A stretch of DNA of 64,000 nucleotides, from NCBI RefSeq assembly GCF_031769215.1, contig NW_026782300.1, positions 372,001 to 436,000 on the forward strand, in the 5' to 3' direction. The first letter of the stretch is position 1. Each line of letters opens with the position of its first letter. Both the position numbers and the translations under genes were made by a program. The notes below the pieces were generated by a model, which was not told the origin of the DNA, made no database searches, and worked only from the letters and a program-made list of their open reading frames with translations. Positions 1 through 13,580 of this stretch are shown here, piece after piece. The DNA is from Ylistrum balloti. Its lineage: Eukaryota.

Positions 1-472
1 CATTATCAAAATGGGCATACCATCAAGCTGTCATCCTTCACTCATAATTCTAAACAAGTTTGAAATATTTTCAATGGAAACAAATAATGCTAAAAATCTA
101 ATTTTCCTTTATAAACTGTAGTAAACTTTACCCCCATCCACGGGGAAATGTGAGACCCTGGGGCCATGAAATTAACAATTTTGGAAAAGCACCTTATGAT
201 GTTTTCATCTATGAATAGTATTTGATTTTACCATACCTGGGTGATGAGAAGAACATTTTCAAATTTAAATCAATTTGACTCCTTTTGGCCCCGCCCCTCA
301 GGCCCCTGTGGAGTGGGGACTGCACCATTCACAATTGTGGTTCAATTATAGGTCAGGGAAAGTTTCTGCAAAATTTCATGGAAATCGGATCACGGGTTTT
401 TTTTAATTGTTTACGTACGCACGATGCCGGATGAAGGTGATCGCAATAGACTTAATCTCAGATGACCTAAAA
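1..472 (-). mobile_element. Non-autonomous Helitron/Helentron-type element, 5' part, cut by the window edge
   Basis: The reverse complement begins TTTTAGGTCATCTGAG...CTATTGCGATCACCTT, matching the element starts at 10473 and 12632. Internal GGCCCCGCCCCTCAGGCCCC block. Confidence 0.65.
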
Positions 473-475
473 TCT

Positions 476-1034
476 TGACGGAAGATAAAACTGAACAGGG
501 CAAACAAAGAGCAATACTGTAGAGGGCTATGATTATCATAGGTCCTTGATGGACAAAAGGAAATGCTTGTAAAAGGGTGATGGTTGACAGGGCAAAGAAG
601 AAAAAGCTGGACAAACAGCAAATCTTGACAGCTTAAATAAAGGGCAAGTTTGATAGGGCAAACAAAGAGCACTTATGGACAGATGGCAATCTGGGCAAAG
701 AGCAATGCTTTAGGGGGCAAAAAGGAAAAAGCTGGATATGATAGGATAGGATAATATTGGGCGGAGGGCAATGCTGGTCATGGCAAAGAGAGGACAGTGC
801 TTGACAAGGCAAAGTGGAAAAGGGTGGACAGAAGACAAACAAAAAACAATTCCGGACTATGCTTGACGGGGCAAGCAAAAAGGTAATGCTGGACCAAGGA
901 AAATGCACGGACGAAGACGATATAGGACAGATGACTATCGGAGGGTAGTGATGGACAGAGGACATTGCAGGGCACGTGACAAATTAGCAGGACCACAACA
1001 AAAAAACATGCTCCTTTGGACCAGGAGATCTAAA
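476..1034. repeat. Degenerate purine-rich repeat (GGACAGA/GGGCAAA motifs) ending in a Helentron-like terminus
   Basis: Recurrent ggacaga.g.c and gggcaaa motifs. The reverse complement of 1005-1034 (TTTAGATCTCCTGGTCCAAAGG) resembles the 5' end at 6802. Confidence 0.4.
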
Positions 1035-3412
1035 CATGGCTCACAGATGGTCATCTTTTATTCAAACCAGTAAAGCAGCTTGGCAGTTTTATCTTACTTT
1101 TAAATAAAGATTGTCAATCACTCCAACAAACTTGACTGCGCTTAATCCAAATATGGTGCTTGACGACCTTGAGTGTACTGTCTGAGATGTTTGAAGATTT
1201 TAATGCTTTAGATCTGTTTCACAGCGGAAGTGGGTCAAGACCGTTCATTTCAAGTTTCAAGTCTTATCAAAATTTCAGGAGTTGACATTTGTCAAATATC
1301 ATGGTCTTTTGATAGTAGGCCTACAGAAGAAAACGTTGTAAGATGCACGGTTATTTACTTCACCAAACTCAAATACCATTCATCCCAATATACCACAGGA
1401 TAAATATGATAAGGCCAACAATTTTGATAGCTTGTCGTCTTGATAGAGGGCATATGATCCTGAGACCTTGGAAATTGATAAAGGTCATGTATTTAAACAA
1501 ATGTGATAGCACTCCATATCAGAACGCCAAATAGCATTAACTTTGGGGTCTTTACTTATATTTCTTCACTCAGTAGTAAAACTAAGATACATGGTATAAC
1601 GAGCCTTTTGAAATGTCCAAAGCTTACATTATACAGTGCATATCCTTGTTTGTAATAACAGTAAAACATAATGTTTTACGATGAAAATAGAAGTGATATT
1701 TTCACTGAATGAAAATAAAAGTTTTGGCCTGTTATTTTCGCTCGTTTTAGACCAATAAGATAATACCATTTCCTGTGAATATCAATTCTCCCAAGGTGCA
1801 TTGCAGACTTCAGAAACGACGTTCCAACTCTGGTAAAAACAGTGAAAAAATACGCACGTGAAATGGTAAGATGTTTTTGCTATGATTTATGTATTAGTAC
1901 TGTTCAATCTTAATCAGTCATTGGCGTGTTTTATGTGTTGTATCTACTGGCAAGTGCTTAATGTCAAATTATAATGAGACATAGATGTGAAATGATGTTA
2001 TTTGGTGGAGAACATGTTGTACATGTGTATACACAAAACAGCAAAAAATTCAAAGTGGCATCAACGAAAGGTGTGAAAATGTTATACAGCTTGTATTTCA
2101 TCTCGAGGGGTTTAGACTGATATTTTTACGGGTGTGCAAATATCAAAGTTTCAGTCCCGCTCGATGCAAATTTAGATTTCATTCGTCAAAAAATAAACAA
2201 TATTCTATATATTCTATATTCCTATGGCTATGCTTGGTTATAACCGGAACATTGACGTAAATCTACATCAGACGATCAAGGAACAATTATAACACCGTTT
2301 CATTTAATATGTACAACACGTGATTAATTAGCAGATTAGCCTTAGTCAGGAACTGTAAGACTGTTTCTCGTACCTATTACAATAAGGATATATTGAAAAA
2401 CAGATGAAATTAATGGGAAAAAAACTAGTAATTAAAACTATCACGGTATAAAGATCGTTATAAGTTATAAATTACATATGTATTTCCACTTGATTGCTAC
2501 TTTATGACGTTAACTTCACATAGTTTTACATTAACGATTCTGTAAATTTCATGGTTATATACAGGATTTGACATAATTTCTACATATTGTCAATTGTAAT
2601 GTGGTCCTGTACACTTAAATACACTGGGAAGACCATCAGACTACGCTCAGTCCAAACCTACCTGGCTTGTTGAAAGTAAATGTCACAAGTTTTTAAAGAA
2701 ATAATCGAAATCGGAACCAGGTAACCAGCGATCAGAACGTTTTTACAAGACTAGTAGTTAGAAAGAAATATTAAAAAATAACAGGAAATTCCATCATATA
2801 CCAAATGGGCATTAATAATCATTTTCAGTAAAAAAAAATCAGGATCTATTGTCAAATGGTCAACTGTACTTCAGCTCTTGGTGGTGCTTGGGGAATGGAC
2901 TGCAGATATTCTACAATGTATATTACGGAGATGAAATCGACGTCAGTTGCATGTGGAGTTCATAAATGGCGTTTGACAAGGTTATAAATCGCAGACTACA
3001 GAGTTCTAGTAAAAGTAGTTAAGCCGTTAATTGCGTACATTCAAATGTTTGTTGTATTAATGGAACCAGGAAGTATATAAAGGGATACTTTAAGGAAGTT
3101 TTTTTTATAAAGTAAAAGACGTTGAAACTGGCAGTAATGAGAGTTCATCGAAGGACCATCATGAAGGCAATTATGGGTAATTATTCCGACAGTGACTTCA
3201 GATGATTCAGAGGAGATACAACTATTGTCTACAAAAAAACGAACAATTTTCACAATATGATGCAAAAAAAAGAGATTGCCACACAGACATCATACATTCC
3301 TTTAGATTCAGGATTGACATTGATCTTGGGCAGCCTCCCAGATGCGGTTATACAGGCAACAACAATTAGAGACTTTGACTATCGGGTTGGACATCAATTG
3401 GAAAAGTCATCC

Positions 3413-3615
3413 CATGCATGCGTATACCAGGTTACGTACTTCCGTCATACGGAGCGTCTGTACATCTAATCATGCGCAGTAATGTGTGGGCGTATACCAG
3501 GTTACGTATTTTCATAATACGGAATGTTTGTACCTATAACCAAGTGCAGTGATATGCGTGCGTATACCAAGCTACGTACTATCATTCTACTGAGTGTTTG
3601 TAAATCTAACCATCT
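3413..3615. repeat. 70-bp tandem repeat, 3 copies, CpG-rich
   Basis: GCGTATACCAG/A recurs at 3420, 3490 and 3560, each followed by similar TACGTA..T(G/C)TGTA sequence. Confidence 0.85.
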
Positions 3616-4512
3616 CGGATAACATTTATCGTTTCAAAATAAATATGATAGAAACGCATATAAATACATACCAAAAGTGTACAAAATTACGTACCCTCAT
3701 TCTATTAGAGGGATAGGAGACTGTCTATATACCCCTTTGTAAATCTACAGCAAAAATATTCGAAATAGATAGGGTAAAGGTAAATAGCAACTGTGAGGTG
3801 AGAAGATTTTGATGAGCTCACGGCGCAGTGAACAAGCACAAATGTTAACGCTTAAGAAGCCACCATTAGGTCTCGTTTCTTTTCTAGAGCCTATATTATA
3901 TATTACATACATGTCTGGATAATGTGTATATGTGCCACTGTGGTGGCCACCATATCTTTATGTTACATGAAATCCTTATTGACTTATAGATACCGATGAC
4001 GGGATTTCAGAGATGCTGAGAAATCCAAAACGAAAGTGTAAGGTCTAAAAATAGAACGGACAAACAGCCTCGCTTTGAATTAATACAGGAAGTCACATGA
4101 ACGCTGGCAGTCAGAGAAAACAGGACGAAGGCAATACTAACTGCCTTAGTAACTTTTGTTTTGATGTCAAACATGTTTTATTAAGTTTTTTTTTTACCAA
4201 CATTCAAACAAACTTTGAAATTTGTTAGCTGCGGCGAGGAATATGTGCGAGTATTCCATGTCTTCTATGATATGAGCTGTGATCACGCGCTGGATTTATT
4301 TTTTGAACAGGTATTTGTTTAGTACACCGGAGACACTTTCGAAATTCAATAAAGCGGAGCTACACTTGACTTAGCAAGTTAAATGGAAGATGACAACATG
4401 TGACTTTACATCCGATTATGGTACAAAACCATAAAATCCAAACATGACAGGCGATTTTTGACAGACTTGAAAAGTAGGAGAAAAACATTCCATTTCAAAC
4501 GGATCCAACAAT

Positions 4513-4572
4513 ATGAGTAACACGTATGATGATCCAGCGGCCCGCCCACTGTTTGGCGATCCGCAGCCACGG
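4513..4572 (+). CDS. TMEM243: TMEM243 coding exon 1
   Basis: ATG at 4513; MSNTYDDPAARPLFGDPQPR; donor CGG|GTATGT. Confidence 0.88.
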
Positions 4573-7500
4573 GTATGTAAAAAAAAAAAACCAAACAATT
4601 GACACATGTACTGAGGTTGGACATTCAACAAGTACCCAATCTAATCAGAGTTGATTCTGTAATTGATGTATTATCACTGTTGTATCGAATATCCATGATA
4701 AAGATTAACAGCAATTTCATAATCTGCTTAATTAACACCACAAACCAAAACTGGATATACACTGCAACAAGATATTATATCTATGATATATTAAAGAGCA
4801 GTATGTCCAACAGTGCCTTTAAAACATGCAGTCACACACATAGAATATAAGTGTGGGCCAGTATTCTTTGAAAAGGGGCAATCTTAATCAGCATTGACAT
4901 TACTTATAGCCTTGTTCAGCTAAGTTAAGTGGACCTTTTTCAGAGTAGAATTCTCAGGAATAAATCTCATCAGAAATATATGTTTCATTATAATAGCCAC
5001 ACCATTATAAATGTTGATAGAAACCCAAATATCCACGACTAGAATAAGTCCTGGTTGGACCATATCATCTATTTCACCTACTTCAATCAAATCCAGTAAA
5101 AAAAATGGTTTATACTTCATACAGGAGTAGTAAATTAGTTCAACGAGACTGAGCTTGGATATTATGCTTTAACGCTGATAATTTTCATTATTTTATCAGA
5201 GAAAGTTAAGCACAATATGTACACATTGTTTAGTTATTTCATTGCAGTAATAAAATCTTATTTCTTCATATATAGGATCGGATGCTGAACCTTGTGGTTG
5301 CGGTATTTACCAGTATTATAGTTGCTGTAAGTATAAATCCTGATTCACAAATTATGTAATGGAACTTAGAGCCATAACGTTAGAATGTTGATATATATTT
5401 CCTGTAGACCTTGGTGTAATGTTAATGTGTAGATTTCTTATGGGTAATTCTTTCAAGTCTAGGATATTCCTGAAAAATTTGTCTGATTATTTTGGCATTA
5501 GTCCCCTACCAGTGACACTGGGGGAACTATAGCTCTCCTGTCTGTCTGTAAATCTGAGTAAATATATACATACATGTATGTATTACCAACATTTGTCATT
5601 GCTCCAGCAGTTTCATTCCTCGAGGGATATTCCTCATACTTTACACACTTATGAATTGTCATAATATCTTGAACAAACGTAAGCTTCAGGGTGGTTGGGT
5701 TAAGGTCAAGATAAATATTACTATATATAGAAAATTGTTGTCAGCATTTAGCAGCTTTATTTTTTATGGGATTTTGACCAAACGTCACATATCAACAAAT
5801 GACCATAACATCTTGGACAAGTTCGTGTTTCAGGGTTGTTGCATCAAGTTTAAATCCGGGTTACTATATTTTAAATCATTGTCAGCACTCTAGTGGTTTG
5901 ATTCCTTTAGAAATATTCTTATGAAGTATGAGTATATCAAGATCATCATTGCTCATGGGATTTTGATCCCACACTTACAAACAACTTAAAATTCTCTGAG
6001 ACATTTTGAATTTCATGGTTCTTGGGTCAAGGTCACTGTTACCATTTTTAGAATGTTTTGTCTGTTTCCAACCAACCTCACTTATTCAAGGATTTTCATG
6101 TATTTTCACAAACATTTACAGCACTAAAATATCTTAAATCGATCTGTGCTCTTAAAAATGACCATATGACATTATTACACATTAATAATGAAATTGTATT
6201 GTCAGATTGTAATAAATATATATTGCATTGCTATGTTAAAATCAGTATAAATCTTCACTTTGTATACTGAGGGGTCCAGAATGCGAGTGTATTGTTTTAG
6301 CAGAATTTGATAAGCTTTGTTATAGGAGTATGTATTCAATAAACTCTGTACCAATGTAAAAAGGAGTAGAGAGAATGTCTGAATAATTCAGGTCACTGTC
6401 CAATATAAACAACTATGTACCTTGTAATTAAGTCCAAGAGAAACAAGTAAATGTCTATTTACAGAGGTTAAACTATACAGTTAAAATTCAAGGCTGAGGT
6501 ACAAAAACTTTCAATTACAATTGTTTTCTTTTTTACCTTTTCTTTGAAGAATGTCATGTCTCGAACATGATTATGATACACACAGTGCTTGTTGTACTTC
6601 TAACCAAAATTTGTGTTTAAGACATTTTTTTTTATCATTTCAGGTGACTTTGATTAGTGCTTTCGTCTTTCCAAACTGGCCACCTGGTGGAACCAATGTC
6701 TTCTTTGCTGTTATTATAGTTTTGATCTGTGCTTCACATTTACTTCTGGTATTTACCTTTGATTTGAACATACCATTTTCATTGATCAATTATAATTCTG
6801 ATTTTTAGCAAACCTGGCCTGAAAGGCCAAGTGAGCTATAGGGATACCAATGTGTCTGTCGTCTGTCAACTGTTACTATATATTGCAACCATTCGTGAAG
6901 GACTGAGCAGATTTTACTCAAATTTGGTCTGAAGCAACCTTGGAGAAAGGGGAACCAATTTTGTGCAAATGATGGGTCTCTGCCCTCACTCATCAGGGCT
7001 TGAGGAGTGGGGCTCATTAGGGAAAATCAATCAATTTCTTTAAAATCTCTATCTTGTTCTTTAGGAATTCCAGGATATTGTCCAAATTTGGTCTGAAGCA
7101 TGCTTTGAAGAAGAAAAATCAGTTTTGTATAAACCTTAGGTCTTGGCTCCCTGGGACCAGAGGGGCAGGGCCCAATAGGAAAAATATATCAATTTTGTTG
7201 AAATCTATCTTGTTCTTCAGGAATTGCAGGATATTTTCTAAAATTGGTCTGAAGCATACTTAGAGGAAAGGAAATCAGTTTTTTTTTATAAATGATAGGT
7301 CTTTGTCGCTGGGGTTAGAGGGGCGGCGCCCAACATGGAAAATCTATGAATTTCTAAAAAATGTATATTCTTCTTACAGAATGGTAGGATATTGTCTATA
7401 ATTGGTCTGAAGCATGCATGGGTGAAGGGAAATCAGTTTTGTGTAAAGTGTGGGTTTAGACCCCCTTGGGCCAGTTGGGTGAGGCCCAGCAGGGAAAATC

Positions 7501-8637
7501 TAACCCTCAAGAAGATTTAGTTCATTTTCATATAATTGCATTGTACCATCAACAATTCATTTGGATCTTTGGCTCTTTGAAACAGTTGTGATCATCACTG
7601 AATAACTATAGCATTGCTGATCATCAAGAGATAGACACAATTATAACTGATAATTTGTCCTGGGGTCTGGTCCCACTCCAGGACAGATTATATCTTTGAA
7701 ACCATTGAGATTACCATCCCATAACTTGATAGCATTGCTGGACATCAAGAGATTATCAAGTGATCTTTGCCCATGTCCCTAAGGAATTTGAAGCTGTATC
7801 TGTGGGGTGAGGACCATTGGGGGAAATGGTTTCCTTGTAAAGAAATGTAAAGTTTTGCATTATTGACTTAAATTTTCAGATGAGCAATACAGGCCCTCTG
7901 GACCTCTTGTTGTTTTTAGAATGCCTTTCGTTCAATTCACTTCAGACTCTCTTTCAGTAGATCTGTTTTAAAGAATTATTCAGTGTATGTCCATGATATT
8001 TGCTTTGTGGTAGCAAAAGTCACCAAGGTGTTAAAACACTCTATCAGAAAAATATTTTATGATGAACCAAGAGGCCAACAGTTGTTATTGCCTAATAGGT
8101 TCCTAAGATTAAGTATGACTACGATATTTTGTGAAAAAATGACTTTGACCCATATTCAACATCTAAGGATTCAAAGTTGTCAAAATATTCAAACGACTTC
8201 TGTTGCTTAGAATGTGTGAAATAATTAATTTTCATGGTGGTTTTATTTTCCATCATTTCATGGTTACCCTTAACAAGAAATTCATATGTCCACAAACTTT
8301 CAAATTAAGTGTAAATAAATTTATTGAACGGTATTAATCATGAATTGCCCATGAAATTGTTATTTTTTGACATACAATGAAAATTAAGGCCAACTAATAT
8401 ATCTGATTCTGCAGTGATGATATTGAAGGTTTTGCCTTATTCAGTTTACTTAATTTCTTTATCTGTTATTATTAAAAGCACTGATTTGTTATGTTGCAGA
8501 TTTATTGGTACAGACAAGGGGACCTTGAGCCAAAGTTTAGGACCATGATCATTTACAATGCATTTACCATCATTTTACTGTGTGTATGTGGTAACTTATA
8601 CATTCATGAAATTGGGATTAAAAAAAATCCAAAATAA
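4513..8637 (+). CDS. TMEM243: Transmembrane protein 243, spliced CDS of 4 exons, 117 aa
   Basis: Exons 4513-4572, 5276-5326, 6644-6748 and 8500-8637, all GT-AG phase 0, total 354 nt. Translation: MSNTYDDPAARPLFGDPQPR/DRMLNLVVAVFTSIIVA/VTLISAFVFPNWPPGGTNVFFAVIIVLICASHLLL/IYWYRQGDLEPKFRTMIIYNAFTIILLCVCGNLYIHEIGIKKNPK*. This matches recalled TMEM243 motifs (RPLFG, DR..NLVV, VTLISAFVFP, IYWYRQGDLEPKFR). Confidence 0.95.
5276..5326 (+). CDS. TMEM243: TMEM243 coding exon 2
   Basis: tatag|DRMLNLVVAVFTSIIVA|gtaagt. Confidence 0.92.
5498..6300 (+). mobile_element. Degenerate non-autonomous Helitron/Helentron-like element in TMEM243 intron 2
   Basis: Starts TTAGTCCCCTACC..GGGGAACTATAG followed by CTGTCTGTCTG; internal AAGGTCAAG motifs. 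The right boundary is approximate. Confidence 0.4.
6644..6748 (+). CDS. TMEM243: TMEM243 coding exon 3
   Basis: tttcag|VTLISAFVFPNWPP...HLLL|gtattt. Confidence 0.93.
6802..7911 (+). mobile_element. Helitron/Helentron-type non-autonomous element with an internal ~160-bp satellite array (TMEM243 intron 3)
   Basis: 5' TTTTTAGCAAACCTGGCCTGAAAGGCCAAGTGAGC followed by GTCTGTCGTCTGTC; 3' CAGATGAGCAATACAGGCCCTCTGGACCTCTTGTT. The motif ATT(T)GGTCTGAAGCA recurs at about 6920, 7084, 7240 and 7399. Confidence 0.75.
8500..8637 (+). CDS. TMEM243: TMEM243 last coding exon
   Basis: ttgcag|IYWYRQGDLEPKFR...KKNPK; stop TAA at 8635-8637. Confidence 0.93.
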   Translation: MYWYRQGDLEPKFRTMIIYNAFTIILLCVCGNLYIHEIGIKKNPK

Positions 8638-9181
8638 CTTAAATAGTGTCATGCCAGCCATGTCAATTGCTTGTTCAAAACTGTTGACTTTATGCCATGC
8701 CTCGACGTCTAGTATGACACCAAGTTCTTCATGACACAAAATGTTAAACATTTACGGTACTGTGAAAGGGGTCAATGGAAATAATCCATGAAAAGAAGAG
8801 GTATCCTCTGGATGAAAGCATCCTGGAATAGGTTAGAACATTTCTATATTACATATGTTCAATTCTGTAAAATTTCTGAAGTTCAGTTAAGCTTTACTGT
8901 CAATATGCTATGACTTACATATGTTGTATACATTAACCACAAAGTTATTGGGTCTCCACAGTTAATGTGCATCTGTTTTTATTGTAAATATTTCCTATTT
9001 ATTTGATTTGGTCATTGGCGAGTGTATTTAATACTTCAAACTTCAGTAAATTCTCTCTTTTCTCTGGCTGGGGTAATGTTATTTATTTCTTTGTACTAAA
9101 CATTCCAACTTACTTTATTCAAATACTTGGATAAGTCGAAGTTTCCTACAGTGGCGCTGATTTTGAGATAACGAGGTTCAA

Positions 9182-9203
9182 ATATATATATATATATATA
9201 TAT
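9182..9203. repeat. (AT)11 microsatellite
   Basis: Read directly. Confidence 0.9.
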
Positions 9204-10472
9204 TTAAATTCTATGTACATGTTTATGTATCAATCATTTCAAAAACACAGCTAATGTTTAGAAATGTTTTAAATACATCTATAGCTTGAAACCTAATCAC
9301 CATTGATTTTCTTCATTTTCAAGTTATTACTTTAAAACTTGACACAACTGAATAAGTTGTGATGTTTATGTATGATATAATGTAGATTACAGATCTGACA
9401 ACCCTATTACAGGGCTGACCATACTAACCTGTATCCAACTCTATTATGTTTGGTGGAGTGGTAAGTATTACCATTGGTTACCAATGATAATTTATATGAA
9501 TGTACAGATGGTGCTTTCCTTGGTTAAAAATACATTTGTATCTATGTTTGATTGTGTACATCTATATTAATACTGATGTGTGGAGAATGTACTGAAATGA
9601 TGGTATGTATTGATGTGAAAAACACTTCAAATTTTGTTCTTTTAAATTCAGAGAATTTTTTTTCAACTTTCCACAAAGAAATTATAATTGAATGTCTTAT
9701 ACTTAAGCTTAATTCTTGGCAATAATTGCTGTAATATTCTTTTTCTTGTGGATATGCAAAATATACACGACTTCAATGCCAGGCAGTTCTGTTCAATTAT
9801 GTACCCGGTGAGTCAGTGCTTTACAATTACAATTTTCTTTAACCTTATCTACACTAAAGAGCTGTTGTTGAAAATGTTCTATATATTGACGGATGGTTTA
9901 AAACTGAGGAGTCATTTCAGTGTGAAATGTTACATCATGAGATCTTGTCCAAGTAGCCACTGTATACTTTATTGATTTGACATGCATACTTCTTCATGAA
10001 CTTCCAAATATTTACTTTATGAATTTATATATTGTCTGGAAGAAATATCTGTTTGCAGTTTCTTTATAGGATTTATCCAAGTATGGTATGTGACATATGA
10101 TACAAAATGTTAGCTATGTTGTAATTGATTTCATAGAACTAGGGATTAAAACCTCTGAAAAGTCTAAATTGGTTCTGACCTAAATTTTTCACATTATTTT
10201 AAAGTTTCCTTATCCATTATGTAAGCATATGACAATATTAATTTATATATGCTGAGTGATGCACATACATGACATCAATCCAATGCTTTACATTTATTCA
10301 AAACAGTTTAGATTTTAACACAATTTATTAACCAAACACTACTAATGCCATGAAATGTCTTGCTGTCTAGTCCATCTCTTGAAGGACAGACAGGCACTTT
10401 GTCATACCTAATCAATCCTGACATTAAGGTGACATCACAGTTAAACAATTAAACAAATTTTTTTTTAATAAG

Positions 10473-11249
10473 TTATCACCTGAGACACCTATTGTGATCC
10501 CTTTTTGTCTGGTGTCGTGCATTGTAAACCTTTAATATTTTTGACTTTTTATGGAAAACTCTTGAGCAGATTTCAATGGGGTTTTTTTTTTACGAAAAAC
10601 CTTACATGACTAAAGGCATATCAAAATTGTAAATTATTTGGTCACCAACCCCAGGGCCAAAAAGGGAAAATTGATTTAAACTTCAGAAATCTTCTTCTCA
10701 AATCCCAGGTATTTTAGAATCAGAATGGATGGAAAAGTCTTCAAATGCTTTACCAAAATAGTAAATTTCAGGACCCCAGGGTCTTGCATTTGGCCCAGTG
10801 GAGGGGGTAAACTCCATTGTAGTGTATATAGGAAAATTACATGTCTGAACATTATTTATTTTCTATTGGAAATAATTCAAACCTGGTTAGAATTATTAGT
10901 TTAAGCTGACAGTTTGAAAAGATGCACATATCAATTTTGACCGACCCCCAGGGGGCTGATGGGTGGGGCCAAAAGGGGTCAAATTGACTGAAATTCAAAG
11001 ATGTTCTACTATTTCTGGATGCAAGATTTTTTTATAGTGAAATTCAAATATTGGGTGTAATTTCTTTTAATTTAAACTTGGTTAGAAGCCTTAGCATGGG
11101 ACAGTAGTTAATGTATACAGGAGTTACATTTGCATTATATGTACAATATAGTTAAAATTATATCACTGTTTTGAACAAAATCATTTCTATGTCATGTTAC
11201 AAGAAGCCTTGTGACTCAGGTGACCATTAAGGCCCTAGGTCCTCTTGTT
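10473..11249 (+). mobile_element. Helitron/Helentron-type non-autonomous element
   Basis: 5' TCACCTGAGACACCTATTGTGATC; internal CCCCAGGG and GGTGGGGCCAAAAGGGG motifs; 3' CTCAGGTGACCATTAAGGCCCTAGGTCCTCTTGTT. Confidence 0.75.
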
Positions 11250-12631
11250 TATTATTGCATATATATATCAAATATATTTGACATTGGAAATTGACTGTGA
11301 ATATTTGGATAGCATAGAAACAGAAAACGAAGTATAATAACCATGTACAAACAATAACAAAATGAATGTTTTACTGTGATGTCCCTTTAAATTCTACTGG
11401 TTTATCATGTATTGATTAAATATTGAATTGTTAATATTGATTTGTTATTGTTTGATGTACAATTCAAAAATTAAAATGTTCTTGAAGTAAGTCTTTTGGA
11501 ATATAATCTCAAAAGATAAATGTGAAACACTCTGTATACCTAACACGTTATCAGTATGTTAGTTTATGGACCAAGAAAATATCAAGGTAACTTGTGTAAA
11601 AAATGTTGATGATTATAATACAATATATTATATATTTTAAAATTGTGAATACATTTCTGTGTTTGTAAAATTTGTAGATAATGTGCAGGTGAGTATAATC
11701 TCAAAGATTATTGTTAACACATACTTTATATCACTTTTGGTTATATAATGCCTTCCATGTCAATTTTAATAGGGTTATCTCCCCCTTTTTAAAAAAGTTT
11801 TTCACCAATAATGAATTGTTCAAGTCTATAACCACAGATTATGTCTAGCCTAAAATCTGTTGACATGAAGACAAAATAACCATGTAGCTTGTGTCCATTA
11901 ACTTATCTCTGACAAACCCAACTGCTGATTAAAGCCAATACCTTGCTAAAGGCCTAAATGACCTCTATATGAAAAATTTTGTGTTTAAAATTCCAGTTTT
12001 CACTGCATCCACACTAAAAAGAATTGATCTATGGATTTGTAACAACTGATAGCAGACTGTATTTACCACACTAATAAGATATTTCACAGAAGCTAGTATG
12101 CTGTTACATGGCATAGGTCTATCAGAATGATTTAATTATGCATTGATAGATTTTTTTTTTTTGAGTTCTTGCTGGTATGAAAGAGATACCTATTTGCAAA
12201 CTGAATGAAAGTGTGTAGTGCATTCAGTGTTTTTTATTTGAGAAATGAAGAGAAAAATCGACAATTGAGAAAGCTGCATTTTGCATACAAACAATGAAAA
12301 TTAATTATTATCACAGTGAGTAAAATTCCTGAGAATTTTTAATATTCAATGACTATTTGAATTTCCAAAGTAGACTTACTTTGAAAGTGAATATAATTCA
12401 TTGTTTTGATTGAATTTGAGTCAACTAGAACTTTCTCGGGGGAGATAACTCTTAACAAAAAGAGGTATGATGACATATATCCTTAATAAAAATCTGTGAA
12501 TTTCATGCTTGTTTGAAATCATTATATGTATGTGCAGAATAGAAGATGCTACAAATAAAGGCGGTGTTTGAAAGTTGAATCTTAATTATTAAACTTATTT
12601 TACGCAAGTGTATTGGTGTTGTATGATGTTA

Positions 12632-13580
12632 TTAAGTCACCTGAGACAAAATCTAAGGTGACCTATTGCGATCACCTTTTGTCAGAATTATCTGTCATGC
12701 ATCATAAACAATTTACATTTTCAGCCTCTTCTCAATAGCTCAAAGGCCCAGAGTCATGGTATTGTGCCAGTAACATGCTGGGGTAAAAGGCTACCAAGTT
12801 TGTTCAAATGACTTTCTTTCAAGGTCAGAGTGCTCAAAGGAGTTAAAATATTTCAAGGAATTCTTCTGAATAACCAAAAAGCACAGGGTGCTAAAAATGG
12901 GTCTGTAGCCAGATACAAAGTGTGTTAATATTATTGACAATAACAAACTTTCTAGGTCACAGGTGTCAAATATGTTCAAAAGTTAAAACAATCTCTTCTA
13001 AATGGCCCAGGGTGCTGATAATGGGTCTGTAGCATGATGGAATGAAGGGCTACTAAGTTTGTTCATATGAACTTCTCAATAACAAAAAGGTCCAGGATGC
13101 TGATATTGGGCCTTTAGCATGAACAAATGAAGAGCTACCATGTTTGTAAATATTACTGACCTTGGCCTACTTTTAAGGCCAAAGGTATGAAATATGTGAA
13201 AATCTTTTAAATGACATCTTCTCAATCACCAAAAGGTCCATGGTACTGATTCGGCCTTTAGTATGATGGGATGAAGGGTTACCAAGTTTGTTCACCTTGA
13301 CAAACTGTAAAGGTCACAGGGGTCAAATGTGTTGAAATGTGTTAGCAACTTCTCAACAACCAAAAGGTCCAGGGTGCTGACATTGGACTTGTAGTATGAC
13401 GGGATGAATGACTACCAAGAATGCTCATATGACCTAAAAATATGATTTCAAGTTTGCAAGAAATGTCTTTATGAACCAACCAATGTCTTCTATGTAGACT
13501 GGACTTTAGTTGAGCAGTTTACTTTTGGCCTATTTGGCCTCTTTCATATAGGTCTTATAGTTGGTTGACCCTTAAGGCCT
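12632..13580 (+). mobile_element. Helitron/Helentron-type element with a degenerate internal tandem array
   Basis: 5' TTAAGTCACCTGAGAC..AAGGTGACCTATTGCGATCACCTT; recurrent CCAGGGTGCT..GGGTCTGTAGC and CTACCAAGTTTGTTC motifs; 3' GGTTGACCCTTAAGGCC. Confidence 0.65.

Noticed and set aside
403-996. Four minus-strand ORFs
   Set aside because: They arise from a purine-rich low-complexity tract and an element end, and have biased F/L/S/C composition.
1800-3400. Possible extra gene (ATG|GTAAG at about 1863, exon-like 2875-2980, ORF 3257-3469)
   Set aside because: I could not join these into a consistent frame or recognise any homology.
3975-4040. Fourth hammerhead-like motif (CCGATGA..GGATTTC/GAAATCC hairpin..CGAAA)
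   Set aside because: The core is mismatched and no stem I or stem III pairing can be formed.
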